Source of the DNA: an uncultured Pelagibacteraceae bacterium
GTDB lineage: Bacteria; Pseudomonadota; Alphaproteobacteria; Pelagibacterales; AG-422-B15
Assembly: GCA_902622985.1 (NCBI GenBank)
Contig: CACNSH010000006.1
Location: 4,312 to 68,311, forward strand
DNA: 64,000 bases
Direction: 5' to 3'
Shown: positions 22,008 to 32,428 of the stretch, piece after piece
How the letters are laid out: the number at the start of each line of letters is the position of its first letter
Position numbering within the stretch: the stretch's first letter is position 1
The notes under the pieces: model-generated
The model's input: only the letters and a program-made list of their open reading frames with translations
Database searches by the model: none
Told to the model about the DNA's origin: nothing
Program-made: the position numbers and the translations under genes

Positions 22008-23039
22008 ATGAAATATTTTTTTCTTACAAATTTTAGAAAAATTCATTTTCTATTTCTGTTAATTTTTTTTTCATATATTTTTCCTGCTTTATCGGAACCA
22101 GGTGTCTCGATATTTATGTACCACAGATTTGGTGAAGATAAATACCCTTCAACTAATGTAACTGAGAAACAATTTTTATCACATATAAACTATGTTCTGG
22201 ACAATAAAATTAAAATTCTAGAGTTAGAAGAAATAATTATGACATTAAATGAAAATAAAAAATTTCATGAAAAAGCAATAGCATTTTCTGTTGATGACGC
22301 TTATAGCTCTTTTTATAATATTGCCTGGCCAGTATTCAGAAAAAATAATATTCCAGTCACGTTATTTGTCTCTACAGACATAATTGATAAAAAAACGAAA
22401 GGTTACATGACATGGACAGAAATAAAGAAGTTTGTTGATGAAGGTGGGAGTGTCGGCCAACATACATCAACACACTTACATATGCCGTTGAACAGTGCTT
22501 CAGTTATAAAAAACGATATTTTAGACTCACATAAAAGTTGGATTAAAAATATTGGCTTCATACCAAAACTTTTTGCTTATCCATATGGTGAAACTAGCAA
22601 TGAAGTTATTAAAATTTTAAAAGAATTTGATATTTCCAACGCATTTGGCCAACATTCTGGCATTGTCTCAAGCTATGATAATAAATATTATTTACCCAGG
22701 TTTTCCCTTAATGAGAAATTTGGTGAAAAAGATAGATTTGAATTTGCAGTAAATGCCTATTCTTTAGATGTAGAGAATTTTTTACCAACTGATATGTTTT
22801 TGATAGATAACAAACCATCTATTGAATTCAGTATAATTCAAAATTTAAAAGATAATTCCCTAGATTGCTTTTCTAATACTGATGGCAAATGGGATAAACA
22901 AGAAATAATAAATATAAAAAAAGATCGGGTTCGAATTAAGCTAAATAACTCTTATTTGAGCGGTAGGGCTAGACTTAACTGTACTGTTAAAGTCGATCAA
23001 AAATGGCACTGGTTTGGATATCAATTTTTAGTCAAATGA
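22008..23039 (+). CDS. Exported polysaccharide deacetylase (CE4/NodB family)
   Basis: Signal peptide, MYHRF, FSVDDAY, HTSTH, FAYPYGE. Confidence 0.88.
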   Translation: MKYFFLTNFRKIHFLFLLIFFSYIFPALSEPGVSIFMYHRFGEDKYPSTNVTEKQFLSHINYVLDNKIKILELEEIIMTLNENKKFHEKAIAFSVDDAYSSFYNIAWPVFRKNNIPVTLFVSTDIIDKKTKGYMTWTEIKKFVDEGGSVGQHTSTHLHMPLNSASVIKNDILDSHKSWIKNIGFIPKLFAYPYGETSNEVIKILKEFDISNAFGQHSGIVSSYDNKYYLPRFSLNEKFGEKDRFEFAVNAYSLDVENFLPTDMFLIDNKPSIEFSIIQNLKDNSLDCFSNTDGKWDKQEIINIKKDRVRIKLNNSYLSGRARLNCTVKVDQKWHWFGYQFLVK

Positions 23040-24000
23040 TATCTGTAATTGGTATAAATTGTTTTTCTAAAATTAAGTTTTCAAAATCCTCAAAGTCATT
23101 TATTTCAATAATATTTTTAATCTTATCGACGTAGTCATCCTCAATAGAATAATTAAATAGATAATCAGCTAAATAAGTACCATTTAAAGAAATATTATTT
23201 GATCTTAAAACATACCTATTTATACGAAACTCATTGTAATGAAAATTAGTATTTAAATTTTTCATATACGACTTTACCGAGTCACCTAGATTGTTAAATG
23301 ATTTAACTTTATAGATTTCATTAGTTTCTCTATCGTTGGGTATCATCCCATCATCGGTTGCACCCCACACATACTGCCCAAAAAGAGCATTACCCTCGTA
23401 TGCAAACCTGGATGTTCCCCATCCACTTTCAATTACCGCTTGTGCTAGGGCCAAAGATACAGGTATTTTATCAACCTTAATTAATAAAGAGTCTATAGTA
23501 TCAGCTTTATATTCATTCATTAGTTTATAAATCCAAGCTGACTCTTTTCGGGATACTCGATCAAAATTACTTTTAATTAATTTTATTTTTTTATTTAAAG
23601 ATACAAGTTTATTATTTTCCTGAATTATCAGCGGTAATGTAATTTTAATAAATAGTTCTTTTCTGTTCTTAATCGATTTAATTTTTTTTAGATCGTTAGG
23701 GAGTTTGGCAATTACTATATTGGGAATACTTTTAGTTTCTCTTATATGATCAATCTGAAAATCATTAAATAACGTATTTTGCTGCAGGGAATTCGTCGTT
23801 AATGTATTTTCAATAAAAGATATTGAAAAGTCTTTTTTATCTGCATTAACAAATGGATTTTGTGAAACAGATGATTTTTGATAAAAGCTATTGGTAAATA
23901 TTAGTGACGTTAAAACTGATAATACAATAAGTAAAAAAATAAAATAATATACTTTAAAAAGAAACTGAATGTTTTTATTTTTTGTAATTAAAATATTCAT
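23032..24000 (-). CDS. Bax-like glucosaminidase-domain (GH73) membrane-anchored protein
   Basis: N-terminal TM, KELFIKITLP, SLALAQAVIESGWGTSRFA..GNALFG, YMKNLNT. Confidence 0.85.
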   Translation of the reverse strand: MNILITKNKNIQFLFKVYYFIFLLIVLSVLTSLIFTNSFYQKSSVSQNPFVNADKKDFSISFIENTLTTNSLQQNTLFNDFQIDHIRETKSIPNIVIAKLPNDLKKIKSIKNRKELFIKITLPLIIQENNKLVSLNKKIKLIKSNFDRVSRKESAWIYKLMNEYKADTIDSLLIKVDKIPVSLALAQAVIESGWGTSRFAYEGNALFGQYVWGATDDGMIPNDRETNEIYKVKSFNNLGDSVKSYMKNLNTNFHYNEFRINRYVLRSNNISLNGTYLADYLFNYSIEDDYVDKIKNIIEINDFEDFENLILEKQFIPITDII

Positions 24001-24015
24001 CTACACATAAATCCT

Positions 24016-24579
24016 TTACAAAATCTGCTCAACTTTTTTGAGTTCAGGAACATGGTGCTTTAACAAATTTTCAATTCCATTTTTCAGTGTAATTGTAGCA
24101 CTTGGACAGCCTGCACAACTTCCTTTAAGTGAAAGGTAGGCTATTCCATTGTTATATTTTATAAATTTTACATCTCCACCATCTTGCATAATCGCTGGTC
24201 TGATCTTGGATGATAAAATACTGTTTATCATATTAACTACTTTAGTGTCGTCATCATCAAAATCAATATTTTCTAATTCACAATGGTTATCAACTTTATT
24301 TTCAATAGCTGGCAGCCCAGAGTTTATATGATTTGAAATTACCTGTAATATTGAAGCTTTTAGTTGATCCCACGTATACTCATTTTTGTTTACCGAAATG
24401 CAATTCTTATTAAATAATATATTTTCGACTCCTTTGATTTTAAAGAGCTCATCGGCTAATACTGAATTTGTTTTTATTTGAGATTTATGAAACTCTATTG
24501 GACTTTCACATAGCTCGTACCTCTCAAGAATGAACTTCAGTGAATTTGGATTTGGAGTTGATTCGGTTTGTATAAACAT
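24016..24579 (-). CDS. NifU/Nfu family Fe-S cluster carrier
   Basis: MFIQTESTPNPNSLKF, IRPAIMQDGGD, GSCAGCPS. Confidence 0.93.
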   Translation of the reverse strand: MFIQTESTPNPNSLKFILERYELCESPIEFHKSQIKTNSVLADELFKIKGVENILFNKNCISVNKNEYTWDQLKASILQVISNHINSGLPAIENKVDNHCELENIDFDDDDTKVVNMINSILSSKIRPAIMQDGGDVKFIKYNNGIAYLSLKGSCAGCPSATITLKNGIENLLKHHVPELKKVEQIL

Positions 24580-24664
24580 GAGATTTAAAAGTTATATAGA
24601 TAGATTCATAAAAATTTAAAGATTTGATACAGTTATTTATTAAGTTGCTGAAATTTAATGATTT

Positions 24665-25141
24665 TTAATCTGATCTTGATGCTAAATCATCTATTACATC
24701 GTCCGAAAGACCTTGAGGAATAATAACTACAGGAGTGGGTAATTTCCCAGATTTTTGACCTGCAAGCAAAGATACAAGTGGTCCAGGCTGATCAGCTTCA
24801 GCTGCAGCAAGCACTAAAAATCTAATTGCATTGTCCTCTTCTAGTGTCTCAATTATTTTTTCACTTGCAACACCTTCTTTTACCATGAGTTCAGGAACAA
24901 TATCAGTGAGATCATTTATTACTTTGGACCATTTCTGCAATTTTTCCTGAGCCTTATCTCTGGCTTCTTGAAGAATAATGTCTTCAATTGACTGCCATTG
25001 TTGCGGATCAAACTGTTCTATTACGTTTAATAAAATTACACCACCTTTTGTACTTTGGGCACGCTTAGCGGCAAACCTTATTGCTACATCTAGCTCTTTA
25101 GACTCATCAACTATCACTAAGAATTTTGACCTATGTTTCAT
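24665..25141 (-). CDS. Universal stress protein
   Basis: KFLVIVDES, LVLAA, GPGPL-like QPGPLV, PVVIIP; typical position after trpS. Confidence 0.85.
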   Translation of the reverse strand: MKHRSKFLVIVDESKELDVAIRFAAKRAQSTKGGVILLNVIEQFDPQQWQSIEDIILQEARDKAQEKLQKWSKVINDLTDIVPELMVKEGVASEKIIETLEEDNAIRFLVLAAAEADQPGPLVSLLAGQKSGKLPTPVVIIPQGLSDDVIDDLASRSD

Positions 25142-26153
25142 TTCTAAGTAATCCTACTATATCGTATACTTGCTTAATTGTTTCTTGAGCAACTTCATTT
25201 GCTTTATTTTGACCCTCCAACAAGACGTTTAAAATATATTCTTTTTCCTCCATTAGTTTTTTAATTTCCACAGTAATAGGTTTTATTTTTTCCACAAGGA
25301 CATCAGATAAATCAGACTTAAAATTTGAAAAATTTTGTCCTTTATACTGTTCAATTAACAACTGTTTATCAGTTCCTGAAAAACCTGAGTAAATATTAAG
25401 TAAGTTATTAACTTCATCTAGTTTTATGATTTCCTCTATTTTTTCTGGCATTAAATTATCAGCAGTTTTAGCTTTTCTGATCTTTTTTATAATCTCATCA
25501 CTCTCATCTAAAAGACTAATACGTGAATATTCAGAAGAATCTGATTTGCTCATTTTTTGATTTCCATCTTTAAGAGACATGATTCTTGAAATGTCTTTAT
25601 CTATAATTGGCTCGGGAATTGGAAAAAAATTTTCACAGTCAAAGTCACGATTAAATTTTTGTGCAATATCTCTTGTTAGTTCAAGATGCTGCTTTTGATC
25701 ATTTCCAACTGGTACATGTGTTGCTTTATAAATTAATATATCAGCAGCCATTAAATTTGGGTAAATAAATAAACCTGAGCTTGCATTCTCTTTGTCCTTG
25801 CCAGCTTTATCCTTGAATTGTGTCATGCGACTCAACCATCCCATTCTCGTTACGCAATTAAATATCCAGGCTAGTTCAGCATGTGCAGGTATACTACTTT
25901 GGTTAAATATTATACTTTTTTTTGGATCTATACCTGATGCAATATAAGTAGCTGCGACTTCTAAGGTATTTTTCCTAAGTATCTTAGGATCATGTTTTAC
26001 AGTAATTGCATGTAAATCTACAATGCAAAAAAAACAATTATAGTTGTCTTGCATGCTTACAAAATTTTTGATTGCGCCAAGATAATTACCTATATGAAGG
26101 TTGCCTGATGGTTGAACACCTGATAAAACAATTTTATTTTTTACTTCACTCAT
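25131..26153 (-). CDS. trpS: Tryptophanyl-tRNA synthetase
   Basis: SGVQPSGNLHIGNYLG, VPVGNDQKQHLE, KMSKS. Confidence 0.97.
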   Translation of the reverse strand: MSEVKNKIVLSGVQPSGNLHIGNYLGAIKNFVSMQDNYNCFFCIVDLHAITVKHDPKILRKNTLEVAATYIASGIDPKKSIIFNQSSIPAHAELAWIFNCVTRMGWLSRMTQFKDKAGKDKENASSGLFIYPNLMAADILIYKATHVPVGNDQKQHLELTRDIAQKFNRDFDCENFFPIPEPIIDKDISRIMSLKDGNQKMSKSDSSEYSRISLLDESDEIIKKIRKAKTADNLMPEKIEEIIKLDEVNNLLNIYSGFSGTDKQLLIEQYKGQNFSNFKSDLSDVLVEKIKPITVEIKKLMEEKEYILNVLLEGQNKANEVAQETIKQVYDIVGLLRNET

Positions 26154-27688
26154 TTTTGTAAAATCTTTTTAATTTCTGAATATTTAAACGGTTTGTAAAA
26201 TGAAATTATAATAAAATAAAGTAATATTGAAGAAACTACTGAAAACAAAAGAAATATAATTTCATGGTTGTATAATAAATCGAAAAATATCCAAGAAAAC
26301 TCTGAAAGAAAAAATAAGTAAAGGTAAATTATAAGTGATCCAATCATAATTATCGTCATAGGTAGTATAATCCCATTACTTAATCGATAATAATTAAGCT
26401 TTTTTAAGTAGTAACTCATTAATAAAACACTTATCCAGGCTGAAACACTTGTAGCTATTGGTATTCCAATAAATCCTACCTTAATAAATAACACTATACT
26501 CAAAGTAGTGTTTATAGCTAAATTAATGGCAGTAATAAATAGAGTGGGCTTTGCATTTTCATAAGCAAAAAATATTGGTGTATAAATTTTCATAAGAATA
26601 AATGCCACAAGTCCTAAAGCATAAAATTTAAGGGCTTTAGAAGTAAAAAATGACGATTTTTCGTCAAATTCTCCTCTCTCAAAAAGTACACTTATAATTT
26701 GCTCTGAGAGAACATAAATCCCCACGGTCGCAGGAACTGCAAACAGTAATGAATATAATAAAGTTTGTTCTATTGACTGGTGAATTTTATCTAAACTTTC
26801 CGATTTTATTTTACTTGAAATTGAGGGCAGAAGAGCAACACTAATTGCTATTCCTATAAGTGCTAAAGGCAATTGATAAATGCGGTCTGCATAATATAAG
26901 TATGAAATTGCACCGCTTTCGTAAGAAGCAATAATAGTTCCGATTAAAATATTTATCTGTAATAATCCAGATGAAAAAAAACTAGCTGAAAATAATTTTA
27001 AAAATCGCTTTATATAATTGGAATATATTTTTGTAGTAAAAACAAAACTAATTTTTTTTCTGATTAGAACAATTACAAGCAATATAATCTGCAATAATCC
27101 AGCAATTATTACACTCCATGACAAAAATAATAAAAAATCTACTGCAGTATAAGCTGCTATTACCAATGCAATAATCAGAGTAATATTTAGTATTATTGGA
27201 AGAGCTGCTGACAACGCAAATCTATTATGTGAGTTAAGAATCGATGAAAAAATTGATGAGATACTTATTAAAATTAAAAAAGGAAAAATAACTCTAGAGA
27301 CCTTGACTAACTCATTAAACTTTTCGGGATCATTTTTAAAACCAGGAGCTATAATCTCAATAAAAAATGGCATAAAAATTTCAATGATTAAAACCACTAA
27401 TGACGATACTGTTAAGAAGATCAAAAAAATAGTTCCAGCAAATTTTCCAGACTCTTGGGGTAAATTGTCTTTAATAAGCCTAGAATAAATTGGAACGAAC
27501 GCTGAATTTAATGCTCCTTCCGACAAAATTCTTCTGAATGTATTAGGCAACCTAAAAGCAACAAAAAAAATATCAGCGATTACACCAGTTCCTAAAAAAT
27601 TGGCAATGAAAATGTCTCTTAGAAAACCGAAAATTCTGCTTATCGATGTAAAAAAAGAATAAATTACTGACGATCTTAAAACATTCAT
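26150..27688 (-). CDS. murJ: Lipid II flippase MurJ (MviN)
   Basis: SRIFGFLRD, AFRLPNTFRR..EGA, YYADRIYQLP, FERGEF. Confidence 0.95.
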   Translation of the reverse strand: MNVLRSSVIYSFFTSISRIFGFLRDIFIANFLGTGVIADIFFVAFRLPNTFRRILSEGALNSAFVPIYSRLIKDNLPQESGKFAGTIFLIFLTVSSLVVLIIEIFMPFFIEIIAPGFKNDPEKFNELVKVSRVIFPFLILISISSIFSSILNSHNRFALSAALPIILNITLIIALVIAAYTAVDFLLFLSWSVIIAGLLQIILLVIVLIRKKISFVFTTKIYSNYIKRFLKLFSASFFSSGLLQINILIGTIIASYESGAISYLYYADRIYQLPLALIGIAISVALLPSISSKIKSESLDKIHQSIEQTLLYSLLFAVPATVGIYVLSEQIISVLFERGEFDEKSSFFTSKALKFYALGLVAFILMKIYTPIFFAYENAKPTLFITAINLAINTTLSIVLFIKVGFIGIPIATSVSAWISVLLMSYYLKKLNYYRLSNGIILPMTIIMIGSLIIYLYLFFLSEFSWIFFDLLYNHEIIFLLFSVVSSILLYFIIISFYKPFKYSEIKKILQK

Positions 27689-27807
27689 ATAATTATTGTT
27701 TAATAATCTATTTTGATTTAAATAACTTCAAAAATAAAGGCTCATCCAATATATATCTTTTGAATTTGAAAAGCAGTCAAAAACCTATATAAAATCCAAA
27801 AAAGAGT

Positions 27808-29898
27808 ATGACAAAAAAAGATAGAGAAGAACATTTTAGTGAAAAGGAAGCTTTGGTATTTCATGCTCAGGGTAAGCCTGGTAAAATAGAAATCAAAGCC
27901 ACAAAACCTCTTGAAACTCAAAGAGATCTTTCACTTGCTTATTCACCGGGTGTTGCGGCTCCTGTAAATGCAATCGCGGATGACACAAATTCAGTGTATG
28001 ATTATACAAGTAAGGGTAATATAGTTGCAGTAATATCAAATGGAACAGCAATATTAGGTCTTGGGAATTTAGGAGCCCATGCATCAAAACCAGTTATGGA
28101 AGGTAAATCTGTTTTATTTAAAAGATTTTCAGATATCGACTCCATTGATCTTGAAATTGACACTGAGGATGCCAATGAATTTATTAATTCTGTAAAGTAT
28201 TTGGGTCCTTCTTTTGGCGGAATAAATTTAGAAGATATTAAAGCTCCAGAGTGTTTCATAATCGAAGACACTCTTAGAGAAATAATGGACATACCTATTT
28301 TCCACGATGATCAACATGGTACAGCAATTATATCAGCTGCCGCACTTATAAATGCTATGGATCTAAATGGAAAAGAAATTAATAAAGCTAGAATTGTCGT
28401 TAATGGTGCAGGTGCCGCAGGTATTGCATGTCTTGAACTATTGAAGGCAATGGGTATGCCAAATGAAAATGCAATATTATGCGATACTAAAGGAGTTATA
28501 CACACTGAAAGAAAAGAAAATATGAACCAGTGGAAATCTGCTCATTCAGTTAATACAGAATGTAGAACTCTTGAAGATGCATTAAAAGGAGCTGATATAT
28601 TTTTTGGTCTTTCAATTGGAAATATTATTACTCAGAAGATGGTACTCTCAATGGCTGAAAAACCTATCATATTTGCAATGGCCAATCCTGAACCAGAAAT
28701 ATTACCTGAAAAAGAAGATGTTCCAGATGAGGTTGCAAATGCTTATCCTGGAAAAAGGCCTCAATATGGTCCTGAATATATAATTCCATCACCTTTTGAT
28801 CCAAGATTAATTAGTAAAGTACCACCTGCTGTTGCAAAGGCTGCGATGGATACTGGAGTGGCACGAAAAGCAATTGTTGACATGGACAATTATTCAAATG
28901 AATTATCTGCCAGACTTAATCCTTCTGCAGGTCTTTTGCAGAAAGTTTTTCAAGAAGTAAAAGAAAATCCTAAGAGAGTAATTTTCACTGAAGGTGAGGA
29001 AGAAGATATGATTAGAGCAGCAGTTATCTTTCTTAACAATAGAATGGGAACCCCAATCTTGATCGGTAGAGATGAAGTTATCAAAAATAAAATGAGAGAT
29101 ATGGGACTAGATTTTTTTGATCAGGTAGAAATTCACAGTACTAGAAACAAAATAGAACACGATAGATATGCAGAGCATATTTACAAACGTTTACAGAGAA
29201 AAGGTTTTCTAAAAAAAGATTGTTTAGATCTTTTGATAAGAGAAAGAAATGTATTTGCAGCATGTATGGTATCTTTAAAAGATGCTGATGCAATGGTTTG
29301 TGGATTAACAAGAAGCTACGCTGCTTCATTAGAAAGTATTGAGTATGTCTTGGACCCAATACCTAATAAAACTATTCTAGGAATGACAGTAATGCTGTGT
29401 AACGGTAGAACAATTTTTGTTTCGGACTCAAATGTACATGACATGCCAAATGCTTCTCAGTTAGCAAATATTACTCAGGAAAGTGCTGAGGTAGTTAGAG
29501 ATATATTTGGCATCGAACCAAGAGCTGCATTAGTTTCATATTCAAATTTTGGAAAACCATTCACTGAGAGATCTGTGTATATGCGAGACGCAAAAAAAAT
29601 TCTCGATGAAAGGAATGTTGATTTTGAATACGACGGAGAAATGGGTGCAAATACAGCATTAAATGAAAATTTAATGAGCCTTTATCCGTTTTGTAAATTG
29701 TCAGGACCTGCAAACCTACTGATTATGCCTGCTATTCACAGCGCAAGTATTTCGACAAAAATGCTTCAAGAGCTTGGGGGGGGTACGTTGGTTGGGCCTT
29801 ATTTGGTTGGATTTAAAGAAAGTATACAAATCGCACCATTAGGAGCAAATGTTGCAGATATTGTCAATCTTGCAGCATTATCTGCATTTAAAAGTTAA
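27808..29898 (+). CDS. maeB: NADP-dependent malic enzyme MaeB (malic + PTA-like domains) carrying an internal in-frame deletion
   Basis: DLSLAYSPGVA, KPVMEGK, NLEDIKAPECF, HDDQHGTA, NGAGAAG, then a PTA-like domain. The [12 protein letters not shown] segment is absent. Confidence 0.93.
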   Translation: MTKKDREEHFSEKEALVFHAQGKPGKIEIKATKPLETQRDLSLAYSPGVAAPVNAIADDTNSVYDYTSKGNIVAVISNGTAILGLGNLGAHASKPVMEGKSVLFKRFSDIDSIDLEIDTEDANEFINSVKYLGPSFGGINLEDIKAPECFIIEDTLREIMDIPIFHDDQHGTAIISAAALINAMDLNGKEINKARIVVNGAGAAGIACLELLKAMGMPNENAILCDTKGVIHTERKENMNQWKSAHSVNTECRTLEDALKGADIFFGLSIGNIITQKMVLSMAEKPIIFAMANPEPEILPEKEDVPDEVANAYPGKRPQYGPEYIIPSPFDPRLISKVPPAVAKAAMDTGVARKAIVDMDNYSNELSARLNPSAGLLQKVFQEVKENPKRVIFTEGEEEDMIRAAVIFLNNRMGTPILIGRDEVIKNKMRDMGLDFFDQVEIHSTRNKIEHDRYAEHIYKRLQRKGFLKKDCLDLLIRERNVFAACMVSLKDADAMVCGLTRSYAASLESIEYVLDPIPNKTILGMTVMLCNGRTIFVSDSNVHDMPNASQLANITQESAEVVRDIFGIEPRAALVSYSNFGKPFTERSVYMRDAKKILDERNVDFEYDGEMGANTALNENLMSLYPFCKLSGPANLLIMPAIHSASISTKMLQELGGGTLVGPYLVGFKESIQIAPLGANVADIVNLAALSAFKS

Positions 29899-30857
29899 TT
29901 TTGTAAAAATTCAGAAATTTCACTTAGCGCTTGTTTTGCTTCGGGTAAAAATTGAAAAATCTGCCATACATGCGGTAGATCTTTGTAGACTGTAAGCTTT
30001 ACATGATTTCCACCTGCCTTTAATCGTTCGGCAACATCTAAAGAATCACTATATAGTATCTCAATATCACTCACCTGAATCAATGTTTTTGGAAATTTGT
30101 GATATTTAGCAAATGCAGGTGATATTAGCGGGTTCTTATAATTCTGATTAGGAGCATACCATTCTTTTACAGTCTTTTGCATTGATAAAGAGGTATTTAA
30201 CCAATTGTCATAAGATAGATAAGGATCTGATTTCGAATTCTCTTTAATACTTCTTCCCTCGCCCGTCAAGTCAGTCCAAGGTGACAATAAAAATAATTTT
30301 GATGGAAGATTTTGATTTAACTCCTGTAGTTTTAGAGTGCTAACTAAAGTTAAGTTTCCACCAGCTGAGTCTCCTCCGAAAAAAACATCGTTACTTTTGA
30401 ACCCTTTTTCAAGTAAGGCTTTATAACTATTTACTGCGTCATTTATTGCTTGTGGGAAAACACTTTCAGGTGACAAGGAATAATCTATTGCAAATATTTG
30501 AGTTGCAGACATATGTGCTAGTAGAATAAGCATATTATGATGAGTTTCTGGAGAACCGGCTACATATCCACCGCCATGAAAATATAATATACATTTTTGA
30601 CTATCAAAGTTTTCATGAGTAAAATGCAGTGTTCTTATTTTATCTAAATAAATTTCATTAACGTTAATATACGACTTTGTTTTATTAAAAATAAATTTTT
30701 GCAGTAGCTTTGAGCCTAATGTTGCATTTTGATCGGTATACCCTTCTTGATTCATCATCTTTCTAGCTTCTATGAAAGACCTTTCCTCAACTGGAGGCTG
30801 TACCTCTTTTACGTATTTTTTTAGCATAAAATTTAGTATTGTGGACTGTAGACTCAT
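29895..30857 (-). CDS. Alpha/beta hydrolase, HSL-family esterase/lipase
   Basis: YFHGGGY, GDSAGGNL, SPWTDL, HVWQ. Confidence 0.9.
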   Translation of the reverse strand: MSLQSTILNFMLKKYVKEVQPPVEERSFIEARKMMNQEGYTDQNATLGSKLLQKFIFNKTKSYINVNEIYLDKIRTLHFTHENFDSQKCILYFHGGGYVAGSPETHHNMLILLAHMSATQIFAIDYSLSPESVFPQAINDAVNSYKALLEKGFKSNDVFFGGDSAGGNLTLVSTLKLQELNQNLPSKLFLLSPWTDLTGEGRSIKENSKSDPYLSYDNWLNTSLSMQKTVKEWYAPNQNYKNPLISPAFAKYHKFPKTLIQVSDIEILYSDSLDVAERLKAGGNHVKLTVYKDLPHVWQIFQFLPEAKQALSEISEFLQN

Positions 30858-30872
30858 AACAAAGAAAGCAAA

Positions 30873-31802
30873 TTATTTTTTAGAAAGTTGGTCCCATATT
30901 ACCTCAGATATATCAATTCCATGAAGTTTTTTGATTTCTTGAATACATGTTGGAGAGGTTACATTAATCTCTGTTAAATATTCACCAATAATGTCAATAC
31001 CTACAAAAAAAAGGCCTTCGCTCTGTAAAAAGTTTTTGATTTCATTACAAATTCTTAGGTCATTTTTAGATATTTCGGTTACCTCACAACTACCACCTAC
31101 GTGAATGTTGGATCTGATTTCATTGTTTTTTGGAATTCTACGTAATGCTGCGATTGGTTTTCCATCGATTAAAATTATTCTTTTATCTCCATTTTTTATT
31201 TCCCTAAGAAATTTTTGTACAATGAATGGTTCTTTTTGCTTATCTATAAACGTTTCAATGATTTGATTATAATTTTCATCATCTTGATCAAGTAGAAATA
31301 TGCTTTCGCCTCCATTGCCGTATAAAGGCTTTATAACGGACTTTCCGTATTTTTTTATGAAACTTTTCACTTCTTTTTTTGACCTAGTAATTATTGTTTC
31401 AGGTATTATTTTTTTGTGCGCAAGCATTGAAATTTTTTCCGGCGCGTTCCTGATACCATTTGGATTATTAATAAACTTTGTGGAATCTTTAACTTGTTCT
31501 AGGAGATGGAGAGATGTTATGTACTCCATATTATAGGGTGGATCCTGTCTGATAAAAACATAGTCGAAGCGATCGACCTTTAATTGCCTCTTATTCCCTA
31601 TAACATAATTTGATAACTTATTATTTTTGAAAAAAATTTCTCTAGCTTGTGCATATAAATGATTATTTTTATAAGTTAGAGTGCTCGGTAAAAAATAAAA
31701 GTTTTTATTTTTTCTTTTCTGAGATTCTAGAATGATTGGTAGTGAACTATCTGTTTTAAAATCAAGTTTGTCAATTGCATCTATTTGAAAACCAATATTC
31801 AT
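30873..31802 (-). CDS. gshB: Glutathione synthetase
   Basis: RQDPPY, NAPEK, KPLYGNGG, RSNIHVGG, EINVTSPT. Confidence 0.96.
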   Translation of the reverse strand: MNIGFQIDAIDKLDFKTDSSLPIILESQKRKNKNFYFLPSTLTYKNNHLYAQAREIFFKNNKLSNYVIGNKRQLKVDRFDYVFIRQDPPYNMEYITSLHLLEQVKDSTKFINNPNGIRNAPEKISMLAHKKIIPETIITRSKKEVKSFIKKYGKSVIKPLYGNGGESIFLLDQDDENYNQIIETFIDKQKEPFIVQKFLREIKNGDKRIILIDGKPIAALRRIPKNNEIRSNIHVGGSCEVTEISKNDLRICNEIKNFLQSEGLFFVGIDIIGEYLTEINVTSPTCIQEIKKLHGIDISEVIWDQLSKK

Positions 31803-31807
31803 TTTAA

Positions 31808-32398
31808 TCAGATTTCATCATTTTTAATTGTGATATAATCTATTACTTCTTGTACCCCAAATACTTCCTTGGCGGTATCAACTACTAAATCTCTTTCATC
31901 CTGATTTGATGCAATACCTATTATATAAACAAGCTTATTAACTGTCTCAACGCTGTAATTTAATGAATTTATATTTTCATTTAAAATTAATTTCCCTTTT
32001 ACCTTTGTGCTAATAACTAAATCATCGGCATAATTCAAAATGTTATCTGAATTTGAGACTTGAATTTCGTTTATAACTGTCTGAACTCCATTAACTCCCC
32101 AAGCAATTCGGGTAGCTTCAATCTTTAGATCAATATTTTCTACTGTACCTGTAAGCAAGACTCTTGCTTGTGATACTTCGACATCAATATCAAAGAATAA
32201 TATTTCATTTTGATCAAAATATGCATTTTTAATTACAGTTTTGATAATTGCATCATCAACAAACTCTCCAATTGATCTATCTTCTTGATTTACTGTAACC
32301 ATCTTTACAGCTGTTCCAGTTGCAATTTGGGCACAATTAGTAATCCAAATAGAAATAAGGATTATATATATTGTAATAAATAAGGATTTAATACTCAT
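31808..32398 (-). CDS. Dual BON-domain lipoprotein (DolP/YraP-like)
   Basis: Lipobox-like ITNC, EDRSIGEFVDD, RVLLTG, GVQTVINEI and a second BON repeat; alternative GTG start at 32404. Confidence 0.85.
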   Translation of the reverse strand: MSIKSLFITIYIILISIWITNCAQIATGTAVKMVTVNQEDRSIGEFVDDAIIKTVIKNAYFDQNEILFFDIDVEVSQARVLLTGTVENIDLKIEATRIAWGVNGVQTVINEIQVSNSDNILNYADDLVISTKVKGKLILNENINSLNYSVETVNKLVYIIGIASNQDERDLVVDTAKEVFGVQEVIDYITIKNDEI

Positions 32399-32428
32399 AA
32401 CCACATACCACTATATATCAAATTTAAT

